In this document: positions 39,000-49,142 of the stretch, piece after piece
How the letters are laid out: every line of letters starts with the position of its first letter
Numbering within the stretch: position 1 is the stretch's first letter
Source: Burkholderiales bacterium
GTDB lineage: Bacteria > Pseudomonadota > Gammaproteobacteria > Burkholderiales > SG8-41
Length of the DNA stretch: 64,000 bases
Assembly: GCA_019749945.1 (NCBI GenBank)
Contig: JAIEPF010000023.1
Location: 9,786-73,785 of the forward strand
Reading direction: 5' to 3'
The notes under the pieces: model-generated
What the model saw: the letters and a program-made list of their open reading frames with translations, nothing else
What the model was told of the DNA's origin: nothing
The model's database searches: none
Position numbers and translations under genes: made by a program

Positions 39000-39788
39000 T
39001 TGATGAGCGCAATCCTGTTACTCAAGTTATTCCTCGTGCCCGCGCTGATCGCGCTGGTGACACTGGCCGGGCGGCGCTGGGGTCCGGCGGTGGCCGGCTG
39101 GCTTTCGGCGTTTCCGATCGTCGCCGGGCCGATCCTGTGGTTCATCGCGATCGAGCAGGGCGCGGCCTTTGCGGCACAGGCGGCGCTGGGCACATTGTCG
39201 GCCGTGCTGGCGATGCTGGCCTTCGGGCTCGGTTACGCCTGGGCTGCCACCCGCCATTCATGGCCGCTGAGCCTGCTGCTGGCCTATGTGGGCTACGCCG
39301 CCGCCGTCGTGGCGCTGGATCTGTGGAGGGCCAGTACGCTGTGGCTTGCAGCCCTTGTCGTCACGGCAGGGCTGTGGCTCGCACCGCGCCTTTATCCCGC
39401 TTTGCCGGCACCGGCCAAGACGCCGTCAAAGCCGCCCAATGACATGCTGCTGCGCATGGGGCTGGGCGCGTTGCTGGTGCTGCTGGTTACGCACTTCGCG
39501 GCCAATCTCGGTCCGGATCTGAGCGGCGTGTTTGCGATGTTTCCGGTGATGGGCACCGTGCTCGTGTTGTTCACGCATCGCAGCGCGGGTGCGGCCGCCA
39601 CGATCCAGTTGTTGCGCGGCATGGTGCTGGGTTTTTACGCCTTCGGCACATTCTGCGTGGTTCTGGCCTGGACGTTGTCCACCAACGGCGTCGGCCTGGC
39701 GTTTTTATGCGCGCTGGCGGCTGCGGCGGCGGTCCAGCTGTTGTCGCGGCTCTGGCTGATGCGTTATCGCGCGGCGACCGCGGCGTAA
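39000..39788 (+). CDS. hypothetical integral membrane protein
   Basis: 262 aa with about 7 hydrophobic segments and GC3-rich codon usage. No family recognised. Confidence 0.6.
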   Translation: MMSAILLLKLFLVPALIALVTLAGRRWGPAVAGWLSAFPIVAGPILWFIAIEQGAAFAAQAALGTLSAVLAMLAFGLGYAWAATRHSWPLSLLLAYVGYAAAVVALDLWRASTLWLAALVVTAGLWLAPRLYPALPAPAKTPSKPPNDMLLRMGLGALLVLLVTHFAANLGPDLSGVFAMFPVMGTVLVLFTHRSAGAAATIQLLRGMVLGFYAFGTFCVVLAWTLSTNGVGLAFLCALAAAAAVQLLSRLWLMRYRAATAA

Positions 39789-39809
39789 TAAATCAGGAGT
39801 CCTGCGGTT

Positions 39810-41285
39810 TTACTTTTTTCCGCGCCGCCGTTCCTGCCGCCCGCAGCAATTGCTGCTGTCGCGGTTGTGCACCCAGCCCAGCAGCGCATCCTGCGCCGCC
39901 TGCGCGTTGAAGGCGTTGGCATGGTTGACCATGAATACCACCACGGCGCGGTTGCCCTGTGCGTCGAGCACGTAGCCGGCGATCGAACGCACGCCCGACA
40001 GTGATCCGGTTTTGACATGCGCCTGGCCGGCGACTTCCGCGCTTTTCAGGCGGCGGCGCAAAGTGCCGTCGACCGCGGCGACCGGCAGCGAGGCCATCAG
40101 TTCCGGCATCACCGGGCTCGCATAAGCGCTCAACAGCACCGCGCCGAGGTTGCGCGCGCTGATGCGCTCGATGCGCGACAGGCCCGAGCCGTTTTCCAGC
40201 ACCAGTTCCGGCGCGGCGATGCCCTTCAGCGCCAGCCATTGCTTGACGCTGTTCGCGGCGGCGGCGGTGGTCGCCGGCGCACCGTTATTCATCGCCAGGG
40301 ACAGGAACAGCTGCCGCGCCATCACGTTGTTGGAGTATTTGTTGACGTCGCGGACGATTTCCGAGAGCGACAGGGAGCGCGCGGTTGCCAGGCGGCGTGC
40401 CTGATCCGGTGTGGCGCCGTCGCGCACCTGTCCGCCGAAGCTGCCGCCCAGATCTTTCCACAGCTGTGTGAACAATGCGCCGATGTACTGGCGATGGCCC
40501 ATGACGCTGAAGCTGCGCAGGCCTTCGCCGCAGTCCAGCGCATAAGTGCCATTGAAGCCAAGTCGCGCCGAGTCGGCATTGCCCTGCGAATCCAGCCTGA
40601 GCTTGCCGACCCAGTCGCCGCAGGGGCCGTCGACGAGTTTCAGATTGTTGATGATCTGCACCTGCGGCAGCGGCGGTTCAACGGTGATGCGCACCGTGCG
40701 TGTGGCCGCGTCGGGGATGAACTGCAGCGTGACGGCCTTGAAATTCACCAATAACGCACTCGGCCCGGTGTTGTAGGGGCGCGTGGGCTGATCATCGAAG
40801 GCGCCCGGATCCTGCAGTTCTTCGGCGAACAGCCGGCGGTCGAGCACCAGGTCACCGCGGATTTCGCGCACACCGCGCGCGCGCAGGTTGCGCAGCAGCA
40901 GCCAGAAATTTTCCAGCGTCAGTTTCGGATCGCCGGAACCTTTCAGGTAGAGGTTGCCGGCCAGCACGTCCTGCGCGATGGCGCCGTCGGTGAGCGCGTC
41001 GGTATTCCAGGTGTAGGCCGGCCCGAGCATTTCCAGTCCGGCGTAGGTGGTCACCAGCTTCATGCTCGATGCCGGATTCAGCGCACGTTCGGCACCGATG
41101 GCCAGTACCGGTTGTTCGGCGCCGATTTCGTGCACATAAACACCGATCGCCGATTCGGGAATGCCGGCCTGGGCCAGCGCGCGGGCGACGGGTTCGGGCA
41201 GTGTGTTTGCCGGCTGCGCCATGACGAACAGGGGCAGCAGCATCAGCAGGGCGGTGGTGATCACGCGGGTCGGGAGCATGGGCAT
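39810..41285 (-). CDS. dacB: D-alanyl-D-alanine carboxypeptidase/endopeptidase (PBP4 family)
   Basis: PASSMKL (SxxK), YSNN (SxN) and KTG motifs. The signal peptide starts at ATG 41285. The ORF outermost start TTG 41318 overlaps the upstream stop. Confidence 0.88.
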   Translation of the reverse strand: MPMLPTRVITTALLMLLPLFVMAQPANTLPEPVARALAQAGIPESAIGVYVHEIGAEQPVLAIGAERALNPASSMKLVTTYAGLEMLGPAYTWNTDALTDGAIAQDVLAGNLYLKGSGDPKLTLENFWLLLRNLRARGVREIRGDLVLDRRLFAEELQDPGAFDDQPTRPYNTGPSALLVNFKAVTLQFIPDAATRTVRITVEPPLPQVQIINNLKLVDGPCGDWVGKLRLDSQGNADSARLGFNGTYALDCGEGLRSFSVMGHRQYIGALFTQLWKDLGGSFGGQVRDGATPDQARRLATARSLSLSEIVRDVNKYSNNVMARQLFLSLAMNNGAPATTAAAANSVKQWLALKGIAAPELVLENGSGLSRIERISARNLGAVLLSAYASPVMPELMASLPVAAVDGTLRRRLKSAEVAGQAHVKTGSLSGVRSIAGYVLDAQGNRAVVVFMVNHANAFNAQAAQDALLGWVHNRDSSNCCGRQERRRGKK

Positions 41286-41314
41286 CAGGGGTTTGGCGGG
41301 GATTCCGGTTGATT

Positions 41315-42706
41315 TCAAAGGATGACCGAGCTGTGCAGCGCCGGCTTGTCGATGCTGCTCCAGCCCAGTTTGTCATGAATGGCTGCGGCAAAAATTTCGG
41401 CGGTCTCCGCTTCGCCGTGGACGACGAAGGTGCGTTGCGGCGCGCGCTTGAAATGCGCCAGCCAGCCGAGCAGTGCGTCCCGGTCGGCGTGGGCCGACAG
41501 TCCGCCGATGGTGTAGATGTCCGCCTTGACCGGGATCGGAATGCCGAAGATGCGCACGTTCTTTACACCATCGACGATGCGCCGCCCCAGCGTGCCCATA
41601 GCCTGGAAACCGACGATCAGGATCGACGAATCGCGGCGGCCGAGGTTGTGCCGCAGGTGGTGTTTGATGCGACCGGCATTGCACATGCCGCTGGCGGAAA
41701 TGATCACCGCGCCGTGTTTGATGTGCTGCAGCCCGGTCGATTCCTGCAGGTCCTGCACAAAATGGATGCGCGGCCGTCCGCGTCCGCCTTTCAGCCACTG
41801 CAGCAGCGCTGCGGCATCCTGGTCGAGCAGCGCCCAGTGTTTGGCGGTGATTTCCGTGGCCCGGGTCGCCATCGGTGAATCGACATAAATGTTCAGCTCC
41901 GGCAGCCGCCCCCGCCGGTACAGATCCACCAGCAGGTAAATGATTTCCTGGGTGCGGCCGACGGCGAATGCCGGAATGATCACATTGCCCTTTTTGCGCA
42001 CCAGCGTGTCGGTGATCGCGTGCTCCAGTTCGGCCAGCGTGTCGTCCAGATTCTTGTGCAGGCGGTTGCCGTAAGTCGATTCGACCACCAGCACATCGGT
42101 TTCAGTGACCGCTGTCGGATCACGCACCAGAGGCCGGCCCGGCTGGCCGATGTCGCCGGAGAACACGATCTTGCGGCTTTGCGTGCCTTCGCGCACCCAC
42201 AGTTCAATGATCGCCGCGCCGATGATATGGCCGGCGTCACGGAACAGACAGCGCACGGCGGGGTGCGGCTCCAGCGCGGTGTCATAGGCGACCGGTTTCA
42301 GCTGGCGCAGTGTCCGCGTGACTTCGGCGACGGTGTAGAGCGGCGGCCTGCCGGCGCCGCGCCCGCGGGCTTTCTGCCGCCACTCGGCTTCCTTTTCCTG
42401 GATATGCGCCGAGTCGATCAGCATGACTTCGAGCAGGTCGCAGGTGGCCGCGGTGCCGTGGATCGGACCGCGGAATCCCGCCGCAACCAGGCGCGGCAGC
42501 AGTCCGGAGTGGTCGATATGGGCGTGGGTCAGCAGCACAAAATCGAGGCTCGTCGGATCGAAGGCGAAACGCGCGTAGTTTTTGCTGTCGGCTTCGCGCC
42601 CGCCCTGGAACATGCCGCAGTCGACCAGAAAACGCAGGCCTTCGGCTTCGACCAGGAAACTCGATCCGGTGACTTCGCCCGCGGCGCCGAGAAAAGTCAG
42701 TTTCAA
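41315..42706 (-). CDS. MBL-fold beta-CASP hydrolase (RNA-metabolising family)
   Basis: HAHIDHSG metallo-beta-lactamase motif, beta-CASP and C-terminal RMMBL-like region. TTG start overlaps the bioA stop (TTGA). Confidence 0.85.
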   Translation of the reverse strand: MKLTFLGAAGEVTGSSFLVEAEGLRFLVDCGMFQGGREADSKNYARFAFDPTSLDFVLLTHAHIDHSGLLPRLVAAGFRGPIHGTAATCDLLEVMLIDSAHIQEKEAEWRQKARGRGAGRPPLYTVAEVTRTLRQLKPVAYDTALEPHPAVRCLFRDAGHIIGAAIIELWVREGTQSRKIVFSGDIGQPGRPLVRDPTAVTETDVLVVESTYGNRLHKNLDDTLAELEHAITDTLVRKKGNVIIPAFAVGRTQEIIYLLVDLYRRGRLPELNIYVDSPMATRATEITAKHWALLDQDAAALLQWLKGGRGRPRIHFVQDLQESTGLQHIKHGAVIISASGMCNAGRIKHHLRHNLGRRDSSILIVGFQAMGTLGRRIVDGVKNVRIFGIPIPVKADIYTIGGLSAHADRDALLGWLAHFKRAPQRTFVVHGEAETAEIFAAAIHDKLGWSSIDKPALHSSVIL

Positions 42707-44040
42707 AGCGTGGCGTCCATCGCCTCGAGAGTGCGCGCGGCAAGCAGTTCGATTTCAGCGTCGCTGATCACGTACGGCGGCATGAAATAAACCGTGGTGC
42801 CCGCATTTCCACTGATGGGTCGCAACAGCAGTTCACGCGCCAGCGCGGCTTCAAAAAAATGCCGGCCGAAGGCCGGATCGGTGCTGTCGACCTCGAAGGC
42901 CCAGATCATGCCGGTCGAGCGGAAATTGCGGACCCGCGGATGTGCCGCCAGTTTTTTTGTCGCCGCGGCCATGTGCTGCGCTTTACTGCGGTTGGCCGCG
43001 ATCACCTGATCCTGTTCAAAGATGTCCAGCGTGGCCAGCGCCGCGCGGCAGGCCAGTGCATTGCCGGTATAGGAGTGCGAATGCAGGAAACCGCGCGTCA
43101 CCGACTCGTCGTAGAACGCCTGGTAAATGCGGTCGCGGGTCATCACCACCGACAGCGGCAGATAACCGCCGGTGATGCCCTTGGACAGGCACAGGAAGTC
43201 CGGCTTGATATTGGCCTGCTCATGCGCGAAGAAGGTGCCGGTGCGACCGAAGCCGGTCATGATTTCATCGGCGATCAGGTGTACGCCGTAACGGTCGCAC
43301 AGCGCGCGCGCCCGGCGCAGATATTCAGGATCGTACATCGCCATCCCCGCGGCGCCCTGCACCAGCGGCTCGACGATCAGCGCGGCGGTGTGTTCGTGGT
43401 GCTGTTCGAGATGGCTCTCCAGCGCTTCCGTGCAGCGTACCGCATGTTCATGCGGGGAAGAGCCGATGGCCGCCCTGCGCCAGTCGGGGCTGGGGACCTG
43501 GACGCTGGCGCGCAGCAGCGGCGCGTAGGTGTCCTTGAACAGCGCGACATCGGTGACCGACAGCGCACCCAGGGTTTCACCGTGATAGCTGCCGGCGAGA
43601 CTGATGAATTCCGTTTTCTCCGGCCGGCCGCTGTTGCGCCAGTAATGGAAGCTCATTTTCAGCGCGATCTCGGTCGCCGAGGCGCCGTCGCTGCCGTAGA
43701 AACAGTGGCCCAGCGTGCCGCCGGTCAGCGCCGACAGGCGCTCCGACAGGGCGACCACCGGTTCGTGGGTGAAGCCGGCGAGCATTACATGTTCCAGCCG
43801 CTGCAGCTGGTCGATGATCGCGGCGTTGATGCGCGGCTCGGCGTGGCCGAACAGGTTGACCCACCACGAACTGACGGCATCGAGATAACGTTTGCCGTCG
43901 CAGTCGTAGAGCCAGCAGCCCTGGGCGCGGGCGATGGGCACGATGGGCAGCGTTTCGTGCTGTTTCATCTGCGTGCACGGATGCCACACCGCGGTGCGGC
44001 TGCGTTCTAGCAGCACAGTGTTGCGAGTGCTAGTTTGCAT
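42703..44040 (-). CDS. bioA: adenosylmethionine-8-amino-7-oxononanoate aminotransferase
   Basis: VWHPCTQMK N-terminus, SWWVNLFGH, class-III aminotransferase with PLP lysine context (LCLSKGITGG). Confidence 0.92.
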   Translation of the reverse strand: MQTSTRNTVLLERSRTAVWHPCTQMKQHETLPIVPIARAQGCWLYDCDGKRYLDAVSSWWVNLFGHAEPRINAAIIDQLQRLEHVMLAGFTHEPVVALSERLSALTGGTLGHCFYGSDGASATEIALKMSFHYWRNSGRPEKTEFISLAGSYHGETLGALSVTDVALFKDTYAPLLRASVQVPSPDWRRAAIGSSPHEHAVRCTEALESHLEQHHEHTAALIVEPLVQGAAGMAMYDPEYLRRARALCDRYGVHLIADEIMTGFGRTGTFFAHEQANIKPDFLCLSKGITGGYLPLSVVMTRDRIYQAFYDESVTRGFLHSHSYTGNALACRAALATLDIFEQDQVIAANRSKAQHMAAATKKLAAHPRVRNFRSTGMIWAFEVDSTDPAFGRHFFEAALARELLLRPISGNAGTTVYFMPPYVISDAEIELLAARTLEAMDATL

Positions 44041-44148
44041 TTGAGGGGGGCTCTATCCAATACTTTCAGGCGTTCAACCGATTTGTATGGCCGCCGTTAT
44101 ACATCTTGATGCCGAAGGTTTGGCATTTGTTGAACCGGTGCCGCACAG

Positions 44149-44164
44149 TGGCACTGAATTTGCT
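44149..44164 (+). promoter_or_regulatory. sigma54-type promoter (TGGCAC-N5-TTGCT)
   Basis: TGGCACTGAATTTGCT has the GG and GC dinucleotides at canonical -24/-12 spacing. It lies 60 nt upstream of ATG 44224. Confidence 0.5.
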
Positions 44165-44223
44165 CTGAATGTTTTCGGCAGTTGTTGTTGAGTTTAACAG
44201 CACACTAAAGGAGATGTTTGCGC

Positions 44224-44874
44224 ATGCAGATTCTCGAACGCATCGAAGACCAGATGTCCGCCACCGGACTGCCGCTCGTCGGCATCACCCTCGCCGCAGT
44301 GCCTTGTCCCGACACCCCGGTGATCCTGACGCTGCACTGGCACGGCTTCATCAAACAGAAGCTGGCGGAACTGGAGGAGGCCGAAACCGTGGCCTACACG
44401 CCGATACCCAGTTCTTCCTTGCAACTGAATGATCGCTGGCGTGATCTGCGTGCCGTCGATCATGCCGCGATGGAAGCGGGCTGGGCGCTGGGTGCCTGGG
44501 ATGTCGAGCGCGCCGAACGCCCCGCCTGTTTTCGACCGGGGGCCGACCCGAGCGAGGAGTTCGAATGCATGCAGGCTTTCGGCACCTACCCGTGCAACAT
44601 CCAGGGCAACCAGGTGGCGATTTGCGATGCCCCCGATGTTGATGATCTGCTCGAAGTGGCGGCGATGCGCGGCTACCTGCTGTGGGCGTTCCGGCCGGTG
44701 CGCGGCAGCATCTGGAAGGATTTTGCCGATGACGCCACCCTCTCGGATGAGGGCCGCCGTTCCCTGCCTTGTCCCCATGCGCCGGTTCCCCCGAAGTGTG
44801 CCGGCAAGGGCAGAATGGTATACCGGTTTGGCATCCCGACTGAGCGGGCCTTGCCGGTGCCACGCCCGAATTGA
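44224..44874 (+). CDS. hypothetical Cys-rich protein
   Basis: 216 aa. AAGGAG RBS 10 nt upstream of ATG 44224. GC3-rich. No family recognised. Confidence 0.6.
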   Translation: MQILERIEDQMSATGLPLVGITLAAVPCPDTPVILTLHWHGFIKQKLAELEEAETVAYTPIPSSSLQLNDRWRDLRAVDHAAMEAGWALGAWDVERAERPACFRPGADPSEEFECMQAFGTYPCNIQGNQVAICDAPDVDDLLEVAAMRGYLLWAFRPVRGSIWKDFADDATLSDEGRRSLPCPHAPVPPKCAGKGRMVYRFGIPTERALPVPRPN

Positions 44875-44879
44875 TTCGA

Positions 44880-44906
44880 TAACCTATTGATTTAATTTAT
44901 TTTTTA
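44880..44906 (-). promoter_or_regulatory. IHF-consensus site (minus strand AAAAAATAAATTA-AATCAATAGGTTA) upstream of the groES promoter
   Basis: The core matches WATCAANNNNTTR exactly and has a 5' A/T tract. Confidence 0.4.
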
Positions 44907-44967
44907 GAGTAAGCGGGCGCTCACACAGAGGGTCTGTTTTGACAGAGGGGCCGGATCACGGCCCCTC

Positions 44968-44995
44968 TTGATTTCTGGCGGTACATCTCTATCAT
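44968..44995 (+). promoter_or_regulatory. putative groESL promoter (TTGATT-16 nt-TATCAT)
   Basis: Hexamers read directly. The -10 abuts the CIRCE operator. Confidence 0.5.
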
Positions 44996-45021
44996 TAGCA
45001 CTCGCTTGAGCCGAGTGCTAA
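44995..45021 (+). promoter_or_regulatory. CIRCE operator (HrcA binding site)
   Basis: TTAGCACTC-GCTTGAGCC-GAGTGCTAA is a perfect match to TTAGCACTC-N9-GAGTGCTAA. It lies 54 nt upstream of groES. Confidence 0.92.
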
Positions 45022-45074
45022 CAAAACGGTTCGCGTTTACTGATTATTCAACCGATCCTTGAGGAGATGTACCC

Positions 45075-45362
45075 ATGAAGATTCGCCCGTTGCACGACCG
45101 CATCATCGTGAAGCGGCTGGAAGAAGAGCGCAAGACTGCTTCCGGTATCGTGATTCCTGACACCGCCGCTGAAAAGCCGGATCAGGGTGAAGTCAAAGCC
45201 GTAGGCAAAGGCAAAAAAGGCGATGACGGCAAGGTCATCCCGCTCGACGTCAAAGTCGGCGACCGTGTTCTCTTCGGCAAATACTCCGGGCAGACCGTCA
45301 AAGTTGAAGGTGACGAGCTGCTGGTGATGCGCGAAGAAGACATCATGGGCGTCGTCGAGTAA
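45075..45362 (+). CDS. groES: co-chaperonin GroES
   Basis: [18 protein letters not shown]...; 95 aa; GAGGAG RBS. Confidence 0.98.
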   Translation: MKIRPLHDRIIVKRLEEERKTASGIVIPDTAAEKPDQGEVKAVGKGKKGDDGKVIPLDVKVGDRVLFGKYSGQTVKVEGDELLVMREEDIMGVVE

Positions 45363-47064
<1,702 letters not shown>

Positions 47065-47136
47065 TCCGGAAGAAGGACGAGCGGGGGGACCCCATGGTTT
47101 CCCCCGAGCCTCCTTCCTTCGGTATTGGATGCAGCA

Positions 47137-47167
47137 GAAACCCCGCTTCGGCGGGGTTTCTTTTTTT
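47137..47167 (+). terminator. intrinsic terminator of groESL
   Basis: GAAACCCCGC-TTCG-GCGGGGTTTC followed by T7. Confidence 0.9.
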
Positions 47168-47221
47168 GGTGCCCGGCCGTCGATTACAATGCGGCACCGG
47201 ATTCCTTAAACAAAGCCGATC

Positions 47222-47524
47222 ATGCCCATCGAATACACGCTGCTGTCCATCCTGATCGCACTGGTGCAGGTCGCCTTGTATCTGTTTGTCGGCCGCGTGG
47301 CGTTGTGGATTTTGGCCGGAGCCAATCGCGAGCAGAACTTCATCTACCAGCTGTTCAAAAAGGGCACCGAGCCGCTGGTGAAAGCCGTGCGTGTCATCAC
47401 CCCCAGATTCGTCATCGACCGCCACCTGCCGTTCGTCACCTTCATCCTGCTGGTGTGGATCGGCCTGTTCCTGATTTACCTGCGGCGCGGGGTCTGCGTG
47501 ACCCAGCAACTGAACTGCGTCTGA
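47222..47524 (+). CDS. small membrane protein, YggT-like
   Basis: 100 aa with 2-3 TM segments. TEPLVKAVRVITPRFVIDRHLPF resembles the YggT motif. Family assignment is tentative. Confidence 0.55.
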   Translation: MPIEYTLLSILIALVQVALYLFVGRVALWILAGANREQNFIYQLFKKGTEPLVKAVRVITPRFVIDRHLPFVTFILLVWIGLFLIYLRRGVCVTQQLNCV

Positions 47525-47536
47525 GCGGCTATTGCC

Positions 47537-47565
47537 TTGACGCAAAACGGTTTTGAGGTTTAAAT
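47537..47565 (+). promoter_or_regulatory. putative sigma70 promoter for tRNA-Phe (TTGACG-17 nt-TTAAAT)
   Basis: Hexamers read directly, about 75 nt upstream of the tRNA. Confidence 0.4.
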
Positions 47566-47639
47566 AGCGCCCTTTCGTCCGGCCACACAGGCGGCGAAAT
47601 CCAGATCCCCCCAGTTTTTGCAGCACCCCCGCAGCACGG

Positions 47640-47715
47640 GGCCGGGTAGCTCAGTCGGTAGAGCAGAGGATTGAAAATCCTTGTGTCGGCGGTTCAATTC
47701 CGTCCCCGGCCACCA
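47640..47715 (+). tRNA. tRNA-Phe (anticodon GAA)
   Basis: 76-nt cloverleaf. Acceptor GGCCGGG/CCCGGCC, D arm GCTC/GAGC, anticodon loop TTGAAAA, T loop TTCAATT, encoded CCA. Confidence 0.95.
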
Positions 47716-47741
47716 TTCCCAGATTTGCGGGTTTATTCTCC

Positions 47742-49094
47742 TCAAGCCGCAGACATGGATGCGATGACTGATCTGACGGCTTGCGCATCCAGCGTTTCAA
47801 GCCGATTCAGTTGCTCGATCAGCTTTCCTCCGGCCGCCCCGGGCAGACCGTAATTCAGGCAATCGCGGAGTTTTTCTTCGTGGTCGGATTCGTCCATCGG
47901 AGAATTCCACGAACCGCGTGGCCCGTTGCAAACAGTGCCGTGTTTGCTGCCATCCTCAAGCTCGACTTCCACTTCCACATGCATGGAGTGGAAGTCGCCC
48001 TTGATCGATTCATCCTGACGCAATTCAAATTTGCTCAGCAGATCGACCATGTCGGCGCGGAAGCGGCGTTCATCGGTGAAGCTGGCGATCTTCACGATGC
48101 CATCGAGCAGCGCTGCTGAGGTGGTGTACTGCAGGCTGAACTTGCCGTCGAGACCGGTCGCCGGCTGTTGCCGGTCGACGTATTTCATCACCGGCGACAC
48201 CATGCGTACGCGGCGGATGTCGCGACGCCCGCCGAGCGCGCGGTGCAGTTCGATGCCGGCGGTGATGCCGTAATGCGTGCCGTATTGCGAAGGAAACAGT
48301 TTGATGGCGAGGCCGGGGTCAACCACGCGGTAGGGTTTGCCCCAGGCGAGCAGGCGTTGTTCATCAAAGTGTTCGGGATAGAATGTTTTGACGAAGCCCT
48401 TGTGCGCTTCGAACACATCGGGGTTGGCGGTGAATCCCCGCCGGGCCAGCAGCGCTGCGTCCAGGCCTGATGCTGCAGCGTTGCCGCAATGCGTGGCCTT
48501 GGTCATGGATCCGACGTTCGCCAGCAGCGCCCCGGCGCGAGATGCAGCGAGTCCGATGGCATTGCGCATGGCGGGCACGTCGAGTTGCAGCAGCTCGGAT
48601 GCGACCACCGTGCTGCCGATGACACCGGCGTAGCCCGGCGGGTGGAACTTCAGTTCATCCGGCACATACTGGTTGCCGGCGTACTGCAGGCGTCCCTGGA
48701 TTTCCAGGCCTTTGGCGACGGAGGTGATGAGCTGTTTGCCACTGAGGTGCTGTAGTTCGGCGAGCGCGAAGGCGACCGGCACTGTGGGCGAAACCGCATG
48801 CGTCGGCGGGCTCCACATCGGCTCGAAATCAAGCACATGTGTGGCGACCGAATTGACATAAGCGGCCTGAACGACGGATACCTTGCGTCCGCTGCCCCAG
48901 ATCGATGCTTGCGGCAGGCCACCGAGCGACAGCAGATGTTCGGTCAGGATGGTGACGGGTTCTTCCTTGGCGCCGGCGAGGGCAACGGCAATGCCGTCCT
49001 TGATCGCCTGTTTGACGCGATAGATGCAGTCCTCACCCAGCGACTCGTAAGTCGTTGCGTGGATGATTTCGCAAATGTCCTGAGTAATTCCCAA
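47742..49094 (-). CDS. MmgE/PrpD family protein
   Basis: 450 aa with the 2-methylcitrate-dehydratase-like fold (N-terminal ...IKDGIAVALAG..., C-terminal domain). Confidence 0.85.
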   Translation of the reverse strand: MGITQDICEIIHATTYESLGEDCIYRVKQAIKDGIAVALAGAKEEPVTILTEHLLSLGGLPQASIWGSGRKVSVVQAAYVNSVATHVLDFEPMWSPPTHAVSPTVPVAFALAELQHLSGKQLITSVAKGLEIQGRLQYAGNQYVPDELKFHPPGYAGVIGSTVVASELLQLDVPAMRNAIGLAASRAGALLANVGSMTKATHCGNAAASGLDAALLARRGFTANPDVFEAHKGFVKTFYPEHFDEQRLLAWGKPYRVVDPGLAIKLFPSQYGTHYGITAGIELHRALGGRRDIRRVRMVSPVMKYVDRQQPATGLDGKFSLQYTTSAALLDGIVKIASFTDERRFRADMVDLLSKFELRQDESIKGDFHSMHVEVEVELEDGSKHGTVCNGPRGSWNSPMDESDHEEKLRDCLNYGLPGAAGGKLIEQLNRLETLDAQAVRSVIASMSAA

Positions 49095-49142
49095 TGCAAT
49101 GTTCCCGACGCTGATGAAAATCGGCCGAGGCCGACGAGAGGG

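Noticed and set aside
44041-44148. BirA-type bio operator upstream of bioA
   Set aside because: Only one half-site-like TTGTTGAACC is present, with no inverted partner at operator spacing. The inverted GTTCAAC and GTTGAAC copies are 57 nt apart.
44961-44995. Sigma32 heat-shock promoter for groESL
   Set aside because: CTTGAT resembles the -35 CTTGAA, but no CCCCATNT-like -10 is present. The sigma70-like TTGATT-16-TATCAT plus CIRCE explains the region better.
47716-49100. Genomic island integrated at tRNA-Phe
   Set aside because: No integrase, no direct repeat of the tRNA 3' end that I could find, and no obvious composition shift. The downstream genes are accessory-like, but island status cannot be supported from this window.
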